A stretch of DNA of 64,000 bases from Terriglobia bacterium. GTDB taxonomy: Bacteria; Acidobacteriota; Terriglobia; Terriglobales; Acidobacteriaceae. Shown one piece after another: positions 46,943 to 55,900 of this stretch (positions are counted from its first letter, which is position 1; every line of letters begins with the position of its first letter). The notes beneath the pieces are model-generated. The model was not told the DNA's origin. It worked only from the letters and a program-made list of their open reading frames with translations, and searched no databases. The position numbers and the translations under genes are program-made. The DNA lies in NCBI GenBank assembly GCA_020073185.1, contig JAIQFT010000011.1, positions 11,765-75,764 on the forward strand, read 5' to 3'.

Positions 46943-48073
46943 CTATCTTCCGTAGCCCCCTCTGCCTGCCTGCGACATCTCGTCGCGCGTTGACTCCGCG
47001 GTGCCGCTGATGCCCTGCACCCGCAGCTTGAAGTCGTCCGGGTTGGAGGCGTTTTCCAGCGCGGTTTCGTAGGCGACCAGGCCGTGCGTGTAGAGATCGT
47101 AGAGCGACTGGTCGAAGGTCTGCATGCCGTATTGCGAGGTGCCGGCCGCGAGCGCTTCCTTGATGGTGCGCGTCTTCTCCGGCACGATGATGCACTCGCG
47201 CACGTAGGCGGTGGAGATCAGCACCTCGACCGCGGGGACGCGCCCGGCGCTGTCGCTGCGGCGTACCAGGCGCTGGCTGATGACAGCGCGCAGCGTGGCC
47301 GCCAGTTGTAGCCGGATCTGTTTTTGCTCCGGCGGCGGAAACACGGAGATGATGCGGTTGATGGTTTCCACCGCGTCCAAGGTGTGCAGGGTGGAAAAGA
47401 CCATGTGGCCGGTTTCGGCGGCGTGCAGCGCGGTGGCGATGGTTTCCAGGTCGCGCATTTCCCCGACCAGGATGACATCCGGGTCTTGCCGCAGGCTGGC
47501 CCTCAGCGCCGAGGAGAAGGACGGCGTGTCCACCTCGACCTCGCGCTGGTTGACGAACCCCTTCTTATCGCGGTGCAGGAATTCGATTGGGTCCTCGATG
47601 GTGATGATGTGCTCCGGCCGGGTAGAGTTGATCTTGTCGATCATGGCGGCCAGCGTGGTGGATTTGCCGGAGCCGGTTACGCCGGTGACCAGCACCAGGC
47701 CGCGCGGCATGTCGCAGACCTGTTCCACGATCTTCGGCATGTAGAGCTCGTCCAGCGGCCGGATCTTGGTGGGAATGACGCGCAGCACCAGCCCGACGTT
47801 ACCGCGCTGCTGGAAAACGTTGACGCGGAAGCGTCCCAGGCCGGCGACGCCGTAGGCCATATCGAGTTCGGCGTTCTCTTTGAATTTCTGTTTCTGCCGG
47901 TTGGACATCATGCTGAAGGCCATGTTCAGCATGTCCTCGGCGGTAACCCGCGTCTGGTCGGTGAGCGGGACCAGTTCGCCGTCGACGCGCACGTGCGGGT
48001 GGTTGCCCACCTTCAGGTGCAAGTCCGACGCCTTCCGGTCCATGGCAATGCGCAACAGATCGTCGATTTGCAT
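46943..48073 (-). CDS. pilT: Type IV pilus retraction ATPase PilT
   Basis: ASDLHLKVG, Walker A GVTGSGKST, GEMRDLETI, and the PilT-type AHxxGH-like region HAAETGHMVFSTLHT. Confidence 0.92.
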   Translation of the reverse strand: MQIDDLLRIAMDRKASDLHLKVGNHPHVRVDGELVPLTDQTRVTAEDMLNMAFSMMSNRQKQKFKENAELDMAYGVAGLGRFRVNVFQQRGNVGLVLRVIPTKIRPLDELYMPKIVEQVCDMPRGLVLVTGVTGSGKSTTLAAMIDKINSTRPEHIITIEDPIEFLHRDKKGFVNQREVEVDTPSFSSALRASLRQDPDVILVGEMRDLETIATALHAAETGHMVFSTLHTLDAVETINRIISVFPPPEQKQIRLQLAATLRAVISQRLVRRSDSAGRVPAVEVLISTAYVRECIIVPEKTRTIKEALAAGTSQYGMQTFDQSLYDLYTHGLVAYETALENASNPDDFKLRVQGISGTAESTRDEMSQAGRGGYGR

Positions 48074-48184
48074 GGAACGATTCCCAATTCGCTGCTTGCG
48101 GCCAGACGGTATCACGGAAAGGTGCCATGAACAAGGCTCAGGGCCAAGCCAGAAGCGCACGCCTTGCCGTCACCTCCGCGTGGT

Positions 48185-50575
48185 CTACGAGGTCTGGTCG
48201 AATGAAATCTGCAAGATCATCTTGTCCAGTTCGGCGCCGGCGGCCTCGCGTTTGCTGCGCAGCTCCTTCATCAGCTTGCGCAGTTCGGCGAGCCGGTCTT
48301 CCTGCGCGTTCAACTGCCCGGTATAACGCTGCAGCAGCGTTTTTTCTTCGGCAGTGCCTTTCAGCGCCTTCATGTTCTCGCGTACGCGGCCCTGGTCGGC
48401 GGCGATGGAGTCCATTTCCTGCTGATCAGAGCGCAGCTCGTTTTCGAAACCGCTGATCTCCGATTTCTTGTCCAGGATGCGCCGGAAAGCCTGTTCCAGT
48501 TCGGGTTTGACGGCGCCCTCGCGCACCAGCAGTTCCACCTGGCTGGAGTTGAGGTTGCTGAGCGCCAACGTGGTGCTGTCGGGATGGTGTTCCTTGACGG
48601 TCAGCTTGGCGGTATTTCCGGCTTCGACTTTGACCAGGAAACGATGATAGGACGCGGTGGACTCCTCCGGCTTGAGGTCTTCCGCGAGCTTCCAGCCATC
48701 GCGCGCCGGGTGCTCGATGACCACGGTCCGCGGCGACGTATCGGAATTGCGCACGACGTAGGTTTCGGAGCTTTGCTCTTCGCGGGTAATGCGCATGATG
48801 CCCTTCGCCACCACCACGCGGCTGACTTTCTTGTTGTCGAAATCGTCGGTGGAGTGCACGCGCACAGCGGTGTCACTGGCGTAGGAGATCAGGCGACGCT
48901 CGCTGGGCTTGAGCGCGGCGATGAGCCCTTCGCCGGCAAAGGTGCCGTCCTCGACCACGCTGAACGTGCCGGCATCCAGGGTCAGGCCACTGCTGTTGGT
49001 CAGCCATAGTGCGCGGTCGGCGCGCTCGCGCGAGCTGTTCCAGATGCTGACTTTTTCCGCGTCCACGCGGGCGGAGATGATCGGCACCAGGGCGGACTGG
49101 TTCTTGCCGATGGTGATCTTGTGCTGGATATCGTACTGGAACAGGTCTCCGGTGGGGCTGGCACTGGCCTCGGATTCCAATGCTTCGATGGCGGTGTCGA
49201 GGTTGGCCGGTTGGGCCGAAACCGTTACCGTCTCCATGGCCGATCCTACGTTCAAGACCGCATTCGAATTGACCGATCCGCCACCAAGATTGACATTTGA
49301 TTGATACGGCCTGAATCCAGGCGAATTGACCGTGACCGTGTAACGCCCCGGTGCCGCGCCGAAGAAGCTGTAAGCGCCATTGGAGTCGGTTCGGACGGTC
49401 TGCGAGGTTCCGGTCGCATTGTTGGTGATAGTGACGTTTGCATTGGAAATCGCTGCGCCGCTGGGATCGGTAACGTTACCGTAGAGCGATACGCCGCGGC
49501 CAATTCCGCCGCCGTACCCGGGACCGATTCCGCCGCCACTTCCGGAGCCGACACCGCCGCCGACCCCGCCACCCACGGGACCGCCGATGGGCGGTGGAGG
49601 CGGTAGGGCTGGGGCGTTCATGTTCATGGTGGCTTCGTAAGTCTGCGGAGTTTGGGAAACATTTTCCGGCAACGCCACCACCGGCCGGCGGACGTAGTAG
49701 GGCTGCGAAATCTCTTGGATAAACGATTGCGGCGCGCCCGCCACGAGGGAAAGCTGCACGTCCTTCCAGTCCTCGCCAACCGTGTTGTCCACGATGGCCC
49801 AGCCTTGGAGCAGCGGCTTGGCCTCGGTCTTCTTGCGTAAGACAATGCGGTACGTGCTCTTCCAGACCGGCACTTCGCTGATGTAGCTGATGAAAACGTC
49901 GCGCTCGCCGGCGCCGGCGGTCGAGATGACCATGCGGCGCGCGCCTTGGCCCCGCGCCGATCCGATGACGTTTAGGTAGCGGCGGATTTCCTCGTTGAGG
50001 TCGCGATCCGCAACCCGGACTGATGTGGCTGGGTTGAGTTCAAACGTGCGTAGCTCACCCGTGTCGGTGATCACCCCGATGTCTGTGACTTCTTCCTGCA
50101 ACTCTCCCTTGGGACTCACCCGCTTACGCTGCTCGACGCTGACCAGTCGTCCCGCGGCGCCGCCGCTGCCGCTGCGCACCTCGATTCGCGTACCACGCAG
50201 CGCTCCCAAAAATTCGGCCCGCGTGGTCTGCTCGCCGAACGGGAGGCGTAGAGACTTCAGGCGCTCTCCGATCGGCGCGACCGAGTCGTAGCGCACGCCG
50301 GTGACGCGTCCCTCGCCGAGATCGACTACGGTCAGTGACTTCAGCACGTCGTTCAGTTGTGCGCTGGTGAAATCGAGGCTGAGTTCCTGATTGCCGCGCA
50401 CCCGTCCGGTGTGTTCGAAGTAGCCGACGCCGTTTTTGTAGAGCACGACCCGGCGGACCGGCAGCCGGGTAGGAGAGCTTTCGCTGACATTCGACGTTGT
50501 CGGTTTGGCAGCTTGCGCCAGTACGCTTACGCTGAGTGACACCACGAGCAGGGAAGCACTGAAAATGCGTCGCAT
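48185..50575 (-). CDS. Secreted DUF4140/DUF4139-like protein with inserted carboxypeptidase-regulatory-like domain, Gly-rich linker and C-terminal coiled coil
   Basis: GGGAGG SD and signal peptide MRRIFSASLLVVSLSVSVLAQA. VVLYKNGVGYFEHTG N-domain. GNVTDPSGAAISNANVTITNNATG..GRYTVTV insert. Confidence 0.85.
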   Translation of the reverse strand: MRRIFSASLLVVSLSVSVLAQAAKPTTSNVSESSPTRLPVRRVVLYKNGVGYFEHTGRVRGNQELSLDFTSAQLNDVLKSLTVVDLGEGRVTGVRYDSVAPIGERLKSLRLPFGEQTTRAEFLGALRGTRIEVRSGSGGAAGRLVSVEQRKRVSPKGELQEEVTDIGVITDTGELRTFELNPATSVRVADRDLNEEIRRYLNVIGSARGQGARRMVISTAGAGERDVFISYISEVPVWKSTYRIVLRKKTEAKPLLQGWAIVDNTVGEDWKDVQLSLVAGAPQSFIQEISQPYYVRRPVVALPENVSQTPQTYEATMNMNAPALPPPPPIGGPVGGGVGGGVGSGSGGGIGPGYGGGIGRGVSLYGNVTDPSGAAISNANVTITNNATGTSQTVRTDSNGAYSFFGAAPGRYTVTVNSPGFRPYQSNVNLGGGSVNSNAVLNVGSAMETVTVSAQPANLDTAIEALESEASASPTGDLFQYDIQHKITIGKNQSALVPIISARVDAEKVSIWNSSRERADRALWLTNSSGLTLDAGTFSVVEDGTFAGEGLIAALKPSERRLISYASDTAVRVHSTDDFDNKKVSRVVVAKGIMRITREEQSSETYVVRNSDTSPRTVVIEHPARDGWKLAEDLKPEESTASYHRFLVKVEAGNTAKLTVKEHHPDSTTLALSNLNSSQVELLVREGAVKPELEQAFRRILDKKSEISGFENELRSDQQEMDSIAADQGRVRENMKALKGTAEEKTLLQRYTGQLNAQEDRLAELRKLMKELRSKREAAGAELDKMILQISFDQTS

Positions 50576-50687
50576 ACGTCCTCCCTTGTTTCGAATGGCG
50601 AACATCATAAGCGGATTGCCCTTAGGAGGAACGCCGAATCGGCAGCTTCTTGCGCGGGCCTGAAGCCTGGCGCCTGAAGCCTGAAGC

Positions 50688-51203
50688 TTACATCGTGAAC
50701 GGCTCATCGGCGCTGCCGCCGTAGATGCTCGGGACCTTGGAGCGCATCGGGCGCAGGTAGGTGGAGAGCTGGCCGCGATGATGCGCGCTGTGGTTGTTCA
50801 CCATGATCAGGTACTGGAACACCGGCAGGCTCATGACGCCGAAAAATGGCACCGGGGTCAGCAATTGCTCGGGCGTCATGTCGCGCACGCGCTTGATCGC
50901 CTTGGGCAGGTTCTCCTGGTAGTACTTCAGGATTTCCGCAATCGTCGCCGGGGCGGGCAGCGCCGGCGTCATCTCGATCTTCATGTCGGCGATCTTGTTG
51001 AGGAAGGCGACGTCGTCGCTCGCGATGTGCCACGCCAGTTCGTGCGCGTTGCGCGATTTCGGATCCGGCTTGTAGCCCTTGCCGGCTTCGGGAATGCTGC
51101 CGATGACTTTCAGGGTGGTCTTCATCTCCGCCGCCATGGTGGACAGGATCAGCTCGCGATAGGCCGTGACAAATTCCGGTGTGATGGCGGACTGGGTTTC
51201 CAT
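50688..51203 (-). CDS. DinB-family (DinB_2) metal-dependent four-helix-bundle protein
   Basis: AGGAGG SD. HELAWHI and NHSAHHRGQLSTYLR motifs. Confidence 0.85.
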   Translation of the reverse strand: METQSAITPEFVTAYRELILSTMAAEMKTTLKVIGSIPEAGKGYKPDPKSRNAHELAWHIASDDVAFLNKIADMKIEMTPALPAPATIAEILKYYQENLPKAIKRVRDMTPEQLLTPVPFFGVMSLPVFQYLIMVNNHSAHHRGQLSTYLRPMRSKVPSIYGGSADEPFTM

Positions 51204-51329
51204 GATTGCCTCCTGAAATGAGACTTGCCATTGTGCGCGGCGCGTCGCGGCAATGCAAGTCAACGCGCCGGAACTGAAAAGCCGGGGCGCTCGGCCCCGG
51301 CTCTTCCTAACTGAAACTCGAAACCGAAA

Positions 51330-52283
51330 CTACACTCCCACCGCCTGCGGCGCGTTCTTCTTCACCGGCACCGGCGTCAACCAATGGTAGCGATCCAGTT
51401 CGGTACCGTTGACGATCCCGAAGAATTCCTTCTGGATGGCCTTAGTCACCGGGCCGATCGCGCCTTTGCCCACGCTGATTTTGTCCACCGAACGGATGGC
51501 GGTGATCTCCGCCGCCGTCCCGGAGAAGAAAACCTCGTCGGCGATGTACAGCATCTCGCGCGGGATGGGCTGCTCGACGATGGTGATGAGGAGGTCTTTG
51601 GCGATGCGGATGATCGAATCGCGCGTGATGCCTGGCAGCACCGAGTTGCCCAGCGGCGCGGTGTAGAGGTTGCCCTGGCGCACGACGAACAGGTTCTCGC
51701 CCGAGCCTTCGCTGACGTAGCCGTTGGCGTCCAGCGCGATGCCCTCGACGTAGCCGTTCAGGATGGCTTCCATCTTGATAAGCTGCGAGTTCATGTAATT
51801 GGCGCCGCTTTTGGCCATCGCCGGCAGGGTGTTGGGGGCGATGCGCGTCCAGGAGGAGACGCAGACGTCCACGCCTTCCTCGGCGCCGTGCCCAAGATAT
51901 TTTCCCCACGGGTAATTGACGATGTAAACCTCAATCGGGGTATTGAACGGGTTGACGCCCGCCTCGCCATAGCCCCGCAGCACCAGTGGGCGGATGTAGC
52001 AGGGATAAGCGTTATTGACGCCGACCAGTTCGACCATAGCGTTCACCAGTTCGTCGCGGGTGAACTCCACGTTCATGCGATAAATTTTTGCCGAGTCCAG
52101 CAGCCGTTGCATGTGTTCCTGCGCGCGGAAAATCGCCGGGCCCTTGGGCTGGGCGTAGCAGCGGATCCCCTCGAACACCGACGAGCCGTAATTGACCACG
52201 TGCGACATGACGTGGAGGTGGGCTTCATCCCAGGGAATCAGTTTTCCGTTGTGCCAGATCTTCTCGGTCTTCTGAATGGCCAT
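51330..52283 (-). CDS. ilvE: Branched-chain amino acid aminotransferase
   Basis: Fold-type IV PLP enzyme. YGSSVFEGIRCY, GEAGVNP, EGSGENLF and PGITRDS motifs. Confidence 0.93.
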   Translation of the reverse strand: MAIQKTEKIWHNGKLIPWDEAHLHVMSHVVNYGSSVFEGIRCYAQPKGPAIFRAQEHMQRLLDSAKIYRMNVEFTRDELVNAMVELVGVNNAYPCYIRPLVLRGYGEAGVNPFNTPIEVYIVNYPWGKYLGHGAEEGVDVCVSSWTRIAPNTLPAMAKSGANYMNSQLIKMEAILNGYVEGIALDANGYVSEGSGENLFVVRQGNLYTAPLGNSVLPGITRDSIIRIAKDLLITIVEQPIPREMLYIADEVFFSGTAAEITAIRSVDKISVGKGAIGPVTKAIQKEFFGIVNGTELDRYHWLTPVPVKKNAPQAVGV

Positions 52284-52533
52284 GTAGGACCCCCTTCATT
52301 CGACGTATCTGCCGAGTCTTTGTCATCAGGCGCACTGGCGCACTTCTACCTGCCGGCAGTCAGGTCAAAATCGGCTTTCCAGAGTGCGATGCACGCGCGG
52401 ATGTTACAGGCCATTATAGCCGAGGTGTTTGCCCGCCCCGGCACAGAAAATGTGCGTCACTGAGAGGAGTGAGGGACGGCCTTGCGGACGCCGCCATCTC
52501 CTGAGTTCAATGGTCACCCAAAGTGCTGCACTT

Positions 52534-52600
52534 GGTGGAAGCGCCGGGCTTCAGCCCGGCGCTTCCACCAAAGGCTGAAGCCCGGCACATCCACCAGTTC
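52534..52600. repeat. Dispersed intergenic repeat with perfect 16-bp inverted repeat
   Basis: GGTGGAAGCGCCGGGC-ttca-GCCCGGCGCTTCCACC, followed by the partial copy GGCTGAAGCCCGGC. Confidence 0.8.
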
Positions 52601-52622
52601 GCAATTTTCACAATGTAGGAAG

Positions 52623-54146
52623 TCAGCTTCTGACTGCTACCGGGGCCCCGGGCTTCTCCGCTGCCGCCTTTTCCTGCTCTCGTTTCATCTTGGGCAGTTC
52701 GTCGCCGCGGAAGAACTTCGGATTCTGCTTCATCGCGGGCATGGCGGAGAAGGGCTTGCTGTAATCGTTGCGCGCGTTCCAGAACAGAAAACCGATGCCG
52801 CCGTTTTCCTTGGCCACCTTGACTTGCGTCTCGACGTACTGCGGCGAATAACTCGGCGTCTTCCAGCCGAACGCCTGCAACCACGGACGCAGCACCACAC
52901 CGGTGCCGTCGGTGACCTTCTTGAAGCGCTCCATGGATTCCGAGATGAAATGCTCGGGCGCGTCGCCCGGGATCTTGTAGCCGTCCATGCCGAAGAAGTG
53001 CGAGGGGTAGATCATGGGCGAGAGCACGTCGCAATGCTTCGCCATCTGCGCGATGTCCTGGCCGGTGTGCGCCAGGTCAATCGGCCGCTGCCAGGCCATG
53101 ACGCCGAACACGTCGAGCGAGAACAGCGCCTTCATCGGGTGCAGTTCGGCATAGGCCTTCGCCAGGAAATCGGTCAGGACGTCGCTGCGGCGCGTCGGCT
53201 CGGCCGCTATCGGTTTGCCGTCCGCTCCCTTGGTGGCGTGGCGCAAGGGATGAGTCTCGAAGTAGAAACTGGCGTCTCTCTGGTCGCCCTCGGCAGGGAA
53301 GCGCACGTAGTCAAACTGTACCTCGTCCACCCCGTCGAGCGCAGCCTGCCGCGCCAGCGCGATGTTGAACTGCTGCACCTCCGGCTTGGAGGGGTCGGTC
53401 CAGACCAGCTTGCCGTTCTCGCGCCACGCCCCTCCGCGCGAGCGCGATTGCACCGCCAGTTCCGGATGTAAGGTCACCAGCTTCTCGTCGCGAAATATCG
53501 CAATACGAGCAATCGCGTGCATGCCCTGCTGGTGCAGCCAGCGGGTGAATTTCGGGAGATTGGGGATGTACGGGCGCGGCCCTCCGGTGTTCAGCGGGTG
53601 CTGGAAAGGGATGTTGACGATGCCGTCGCTGTCCTTGACGTCGAACACGACCGCGTTGCCGCCCGCCGCGCGCCAGCGCTGGATCAGGTTCATGCCGTTG
53701 ACGCTGCCCGCCATGATGCCGGTCAGGTAAATCGCGCGCACCTCGTAACCGCGCACCACCGGCACCGGCTGCTGCGTGATTGCCCCCTCCATCCCGGGGA
53801 TAATCAGCGTCGCGCCGGGCTTGAGGGCGATGCCCTTGATGCCGGTGTTCCTCTCCCGCAGCGCCGCTTCCAGTTCGGCGCGCGTCATAAACGAGCTCTG
53901 GGCCAGGTATTTGTGCACCACTACGGGCACACTTTCACCCTTGGCGACGACGTGCAGCACCGTTCCCGCCGGCGCAACCGCCGCGGAGTCGATCTTGGGC
54001 GGCGGCGTGGGCGTCGAGACTGCCGTGGCAGTCGTTTTCGGATGCGCTAATCCGTGGTTCGGAGTCCACGCTCCGGCGGATAACATGATGCCAGCAAGCA
54101 ACAAGAGGCTGATGACGCTGATAGCGAGGCCGGACGACCTGGACAT
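52623..54146 (-). CDS. Putative glycoside hydrolase (GHL10/DUF4015-like) with N-terminal membrane anchor and LysM-like segment
   Basis: VRAIYLTG...GGNAVVFDVKDSDGIV and DEVQFDYVRFP segments. Start set at MSRSSGLAISVISLLLLAG. Confidence 0.78.
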   Translation of the reverse strand: MSRSSGLAISVISLLLLAGIMLSAGAWTPNHGLAHPKTTATAVSTPTPPPKIDSAAVAPAGTVLHVVAKGESVPVVVHKYLAQSSFMTRAELEAALRERNTGIKGIALKPGATLIIPGMEGAITQQPVPVVRGYEVRAIYLTGIMAGSVNGMNLIQRWRAAGGNAVVFDVKDSDGIVNIPFQHPLNTGGPRPYIPNLPKFTRWLHQQGMHAIARIAIFRDEKLVTLHPELAVQSRSRGGAWRENGKLVWTDPSKPEVQQFNIALARQAALDGVDEVQFDYVRFPAEGDQRDASFYFETHPLRHATKGADGKPIAAEPTRRSDVLTDFLAKAYAELHPMKALFSLDVFGVMAWQRPIDLAHTGQDIAQMAKHCDVLSPMIYPSHFFGMDGYKIPGDAPEHFISESMERFKKVTDGTGVVLRPWLQAFGWKTPSYSPQYVETQVKVAKENGGIGFLFWNARNDYSKPFSAMPAMKQNPKFFRGDELPKMKREQEKAAAEKPGAPVAVRS

Positions 54147-54516
54147 GTTCTCGATCCCGTTACTAGTCTGTGTCGAATCGTAGCATGGCAATTCTGGACG
54201 GGAGACGCCGATCTGTGTACTGAGCGGGTTACGCATGGCCGTGTCCTGTGGAAATTCACCCGCTCACTCCCATTCTGGGCGGTTTGTCCGTTGCGCAAGA
54301 TGCTGCAGAACTAGGCGCTCCCGGCTTTGTTGCGCGCCGATCAATCGCCTTCGCAGCGCGTGCATCTAACTGATTGTGGGGATGGAGAACGGCGCCGGCG
54401 ATGACATCCGGCACTTCCAGATCGCCGCGTGAACAACTCAAGGTCCGGTTTTTCCCATCTCATGCATAAGTCGAAGCCTCCGATTGAGGAGTTGGGCCCC
54501 TTGAAAGCTGGGGATT

Positions 54517-55671
54517 ATGAAGACCGGCATTAATGCAACACTGGATCCGAACCGCCGCGGTGGCGACGCGCTGGATTTCGAAAATGCTCTCCGCCGCAAA
54601 ATCGTGGGACAAGATGCCGCCGTCGACCGGGTCGCCGAAATTTACCAGATGTTTCTCGCCGGCCTGAACCCGCCGGGACGTCCGATGGGAAACCTGCTCT
54701 TCCTGGGCCCGACCGGTTCGGGCAAGACGCGTGTGGCGGAGTCGGTGGCGGAAGCCCTCTTCGGAGACGCGCGCGCCTGTATCAAGATTGACTGCGCCGA
54801 GTTCCAGCACTCTCACGAAATCGCAAAACTGGTCGGATCTCCCCCGGGATACCTCGGCCATCGCGAGACGCATCCGCTGCTCACCCAGGAAGCGCTCAAC
54901 CAGTGGCAGACCGAAAAGCTGAAGCTCTCGCTGCTGCTGTTCGACGAAATCGAGAAGGCTTCCGACGCGCTCTGGCAATTGCTGCTCGGCATCCTCGACA
55001 AGGCCACGCTCACTCTGGGCGATAACCGGCGCGTGGATTTTTCCAGCTGCATCATTATGATGACCTCCAACCTCGGCGCCGGCGAAATGAACGAGCTCAT
55101 GCTGGGCGGCATGGGGTTCGCGCCGAAGCCGATTGCCATCGACAATAAGTTCGACGAGAGGATCAACCGCAGCGCGGTGGAAGCGGCGCGGCGTAAGTTC
55201 TCCCCCGAGTTCATGAACCGCATTGACAAGGTGGTGGTCTTCAAAACTCTGCGTCCAGAGCACCTGGAGCGCATCCTGGAGATCGAACTCGGCATGGTGC
55301 AGCAGCGCATTCTGCAGTCCACGGGCAACAATCAGTTCGTCTTCTCCTGCACCTCCAAGGTGAAGCAGTTCGTGTTGCGCGAGGGTGCCGACCCGAAGTA
55401 CGGCGCGCGCCATCTGAAGCGCGCTATCGAGCGCCATGTCGTGTTCCCGCTGGCCAACTTGGTCGCCACCGGCCAGATCAAGCTCGGCGACTTCGTGCGC
55501 ATTGACATGAACCCCGACGGCCGCATGGTCTTCGTCAAGGAAGCCGAGGGCGCGCTGGTGCCGGTGCTGTTGGAGAAGTACGGCCCCGAGTTTGTCACCC
55601 CGACCGCCGCGCGCGCCACCCGCGCCGCAGCGCGCCGTGAAATGGGCGCTCCCTCCCTGGGCGATAAATAA
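54517..55671 (+). CDS. Stand-alone AAA+ ATPase resembling the ClpA/ClpB D2 module (AAA_2 + ClpB_D2-small)
   Basis: IVGQDAAV, Walker A GPTGSGKT, Walker B LLLFDEIEKA, sensor/arginine regions and GARHLKRAIE. No N-domain, D1 or M-domain. Confidence 0.88.
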   Translation: MKTGINATLDPNRRGGDALDFENALRRKIVGQDAAVDRVAEIYQMFLAGLNPPGRPMGNLLFLGPTGSGKTRVAESVAEALFGDARACIKIDCAEFQHSHEIAKLVGSPPGYLGHRETHPLLTQEALNQWQTEKLKLSLLLFDEIEKASDALWQLLLGILDKATLTLGDNRRVDFSSCIIMMTSNLGAGEMNELMLGGMGFAPKPIAIDNKFDERINRSAVEAARRKFSPEFMNRIDKVVVFKTLRPEHLERILEIELGMVQQRILQSTGNNQFVFSCTSKVKQFVLREGADPKYGARHLKRAIERHVVFPLANLVATGQIKLGDFVRIDMNPDGRMVFVKEAEGALVPVLLEKYGPEFVTPTAARATRAAARREMGAPSLGDK

Positions 55672-55900
55672 TTCTTTTCTTACGGGTCGTGACGAAAACG
55701 CCGCCCTTTTCGCGCTACCTTCGCAAAGCGGCCTGGATTCCCGCCTCCGCGCACCCAATGCGCGCCGCCGTACTGCGCTCGCATCGTCACATTTCTTCCG
55801 TATGTACCAAGACGGTATCTCCCTCTGCGAACAAACTCGGGGTTATCTTGTGCCACAGGCGACGCCAGTGCAGGGCTGCTTGCGGAGGTTCGCGGCCAAG

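Noticed and set aside
55592-55900. 103-codon N-terminal extension of the GH57 ORF overlapping the end of the AAA+ gene.
   Set aside because: The extension is low-complexity. GH57 homology begins at MERYVCVHCHFYQPPREN (ATG 55901).
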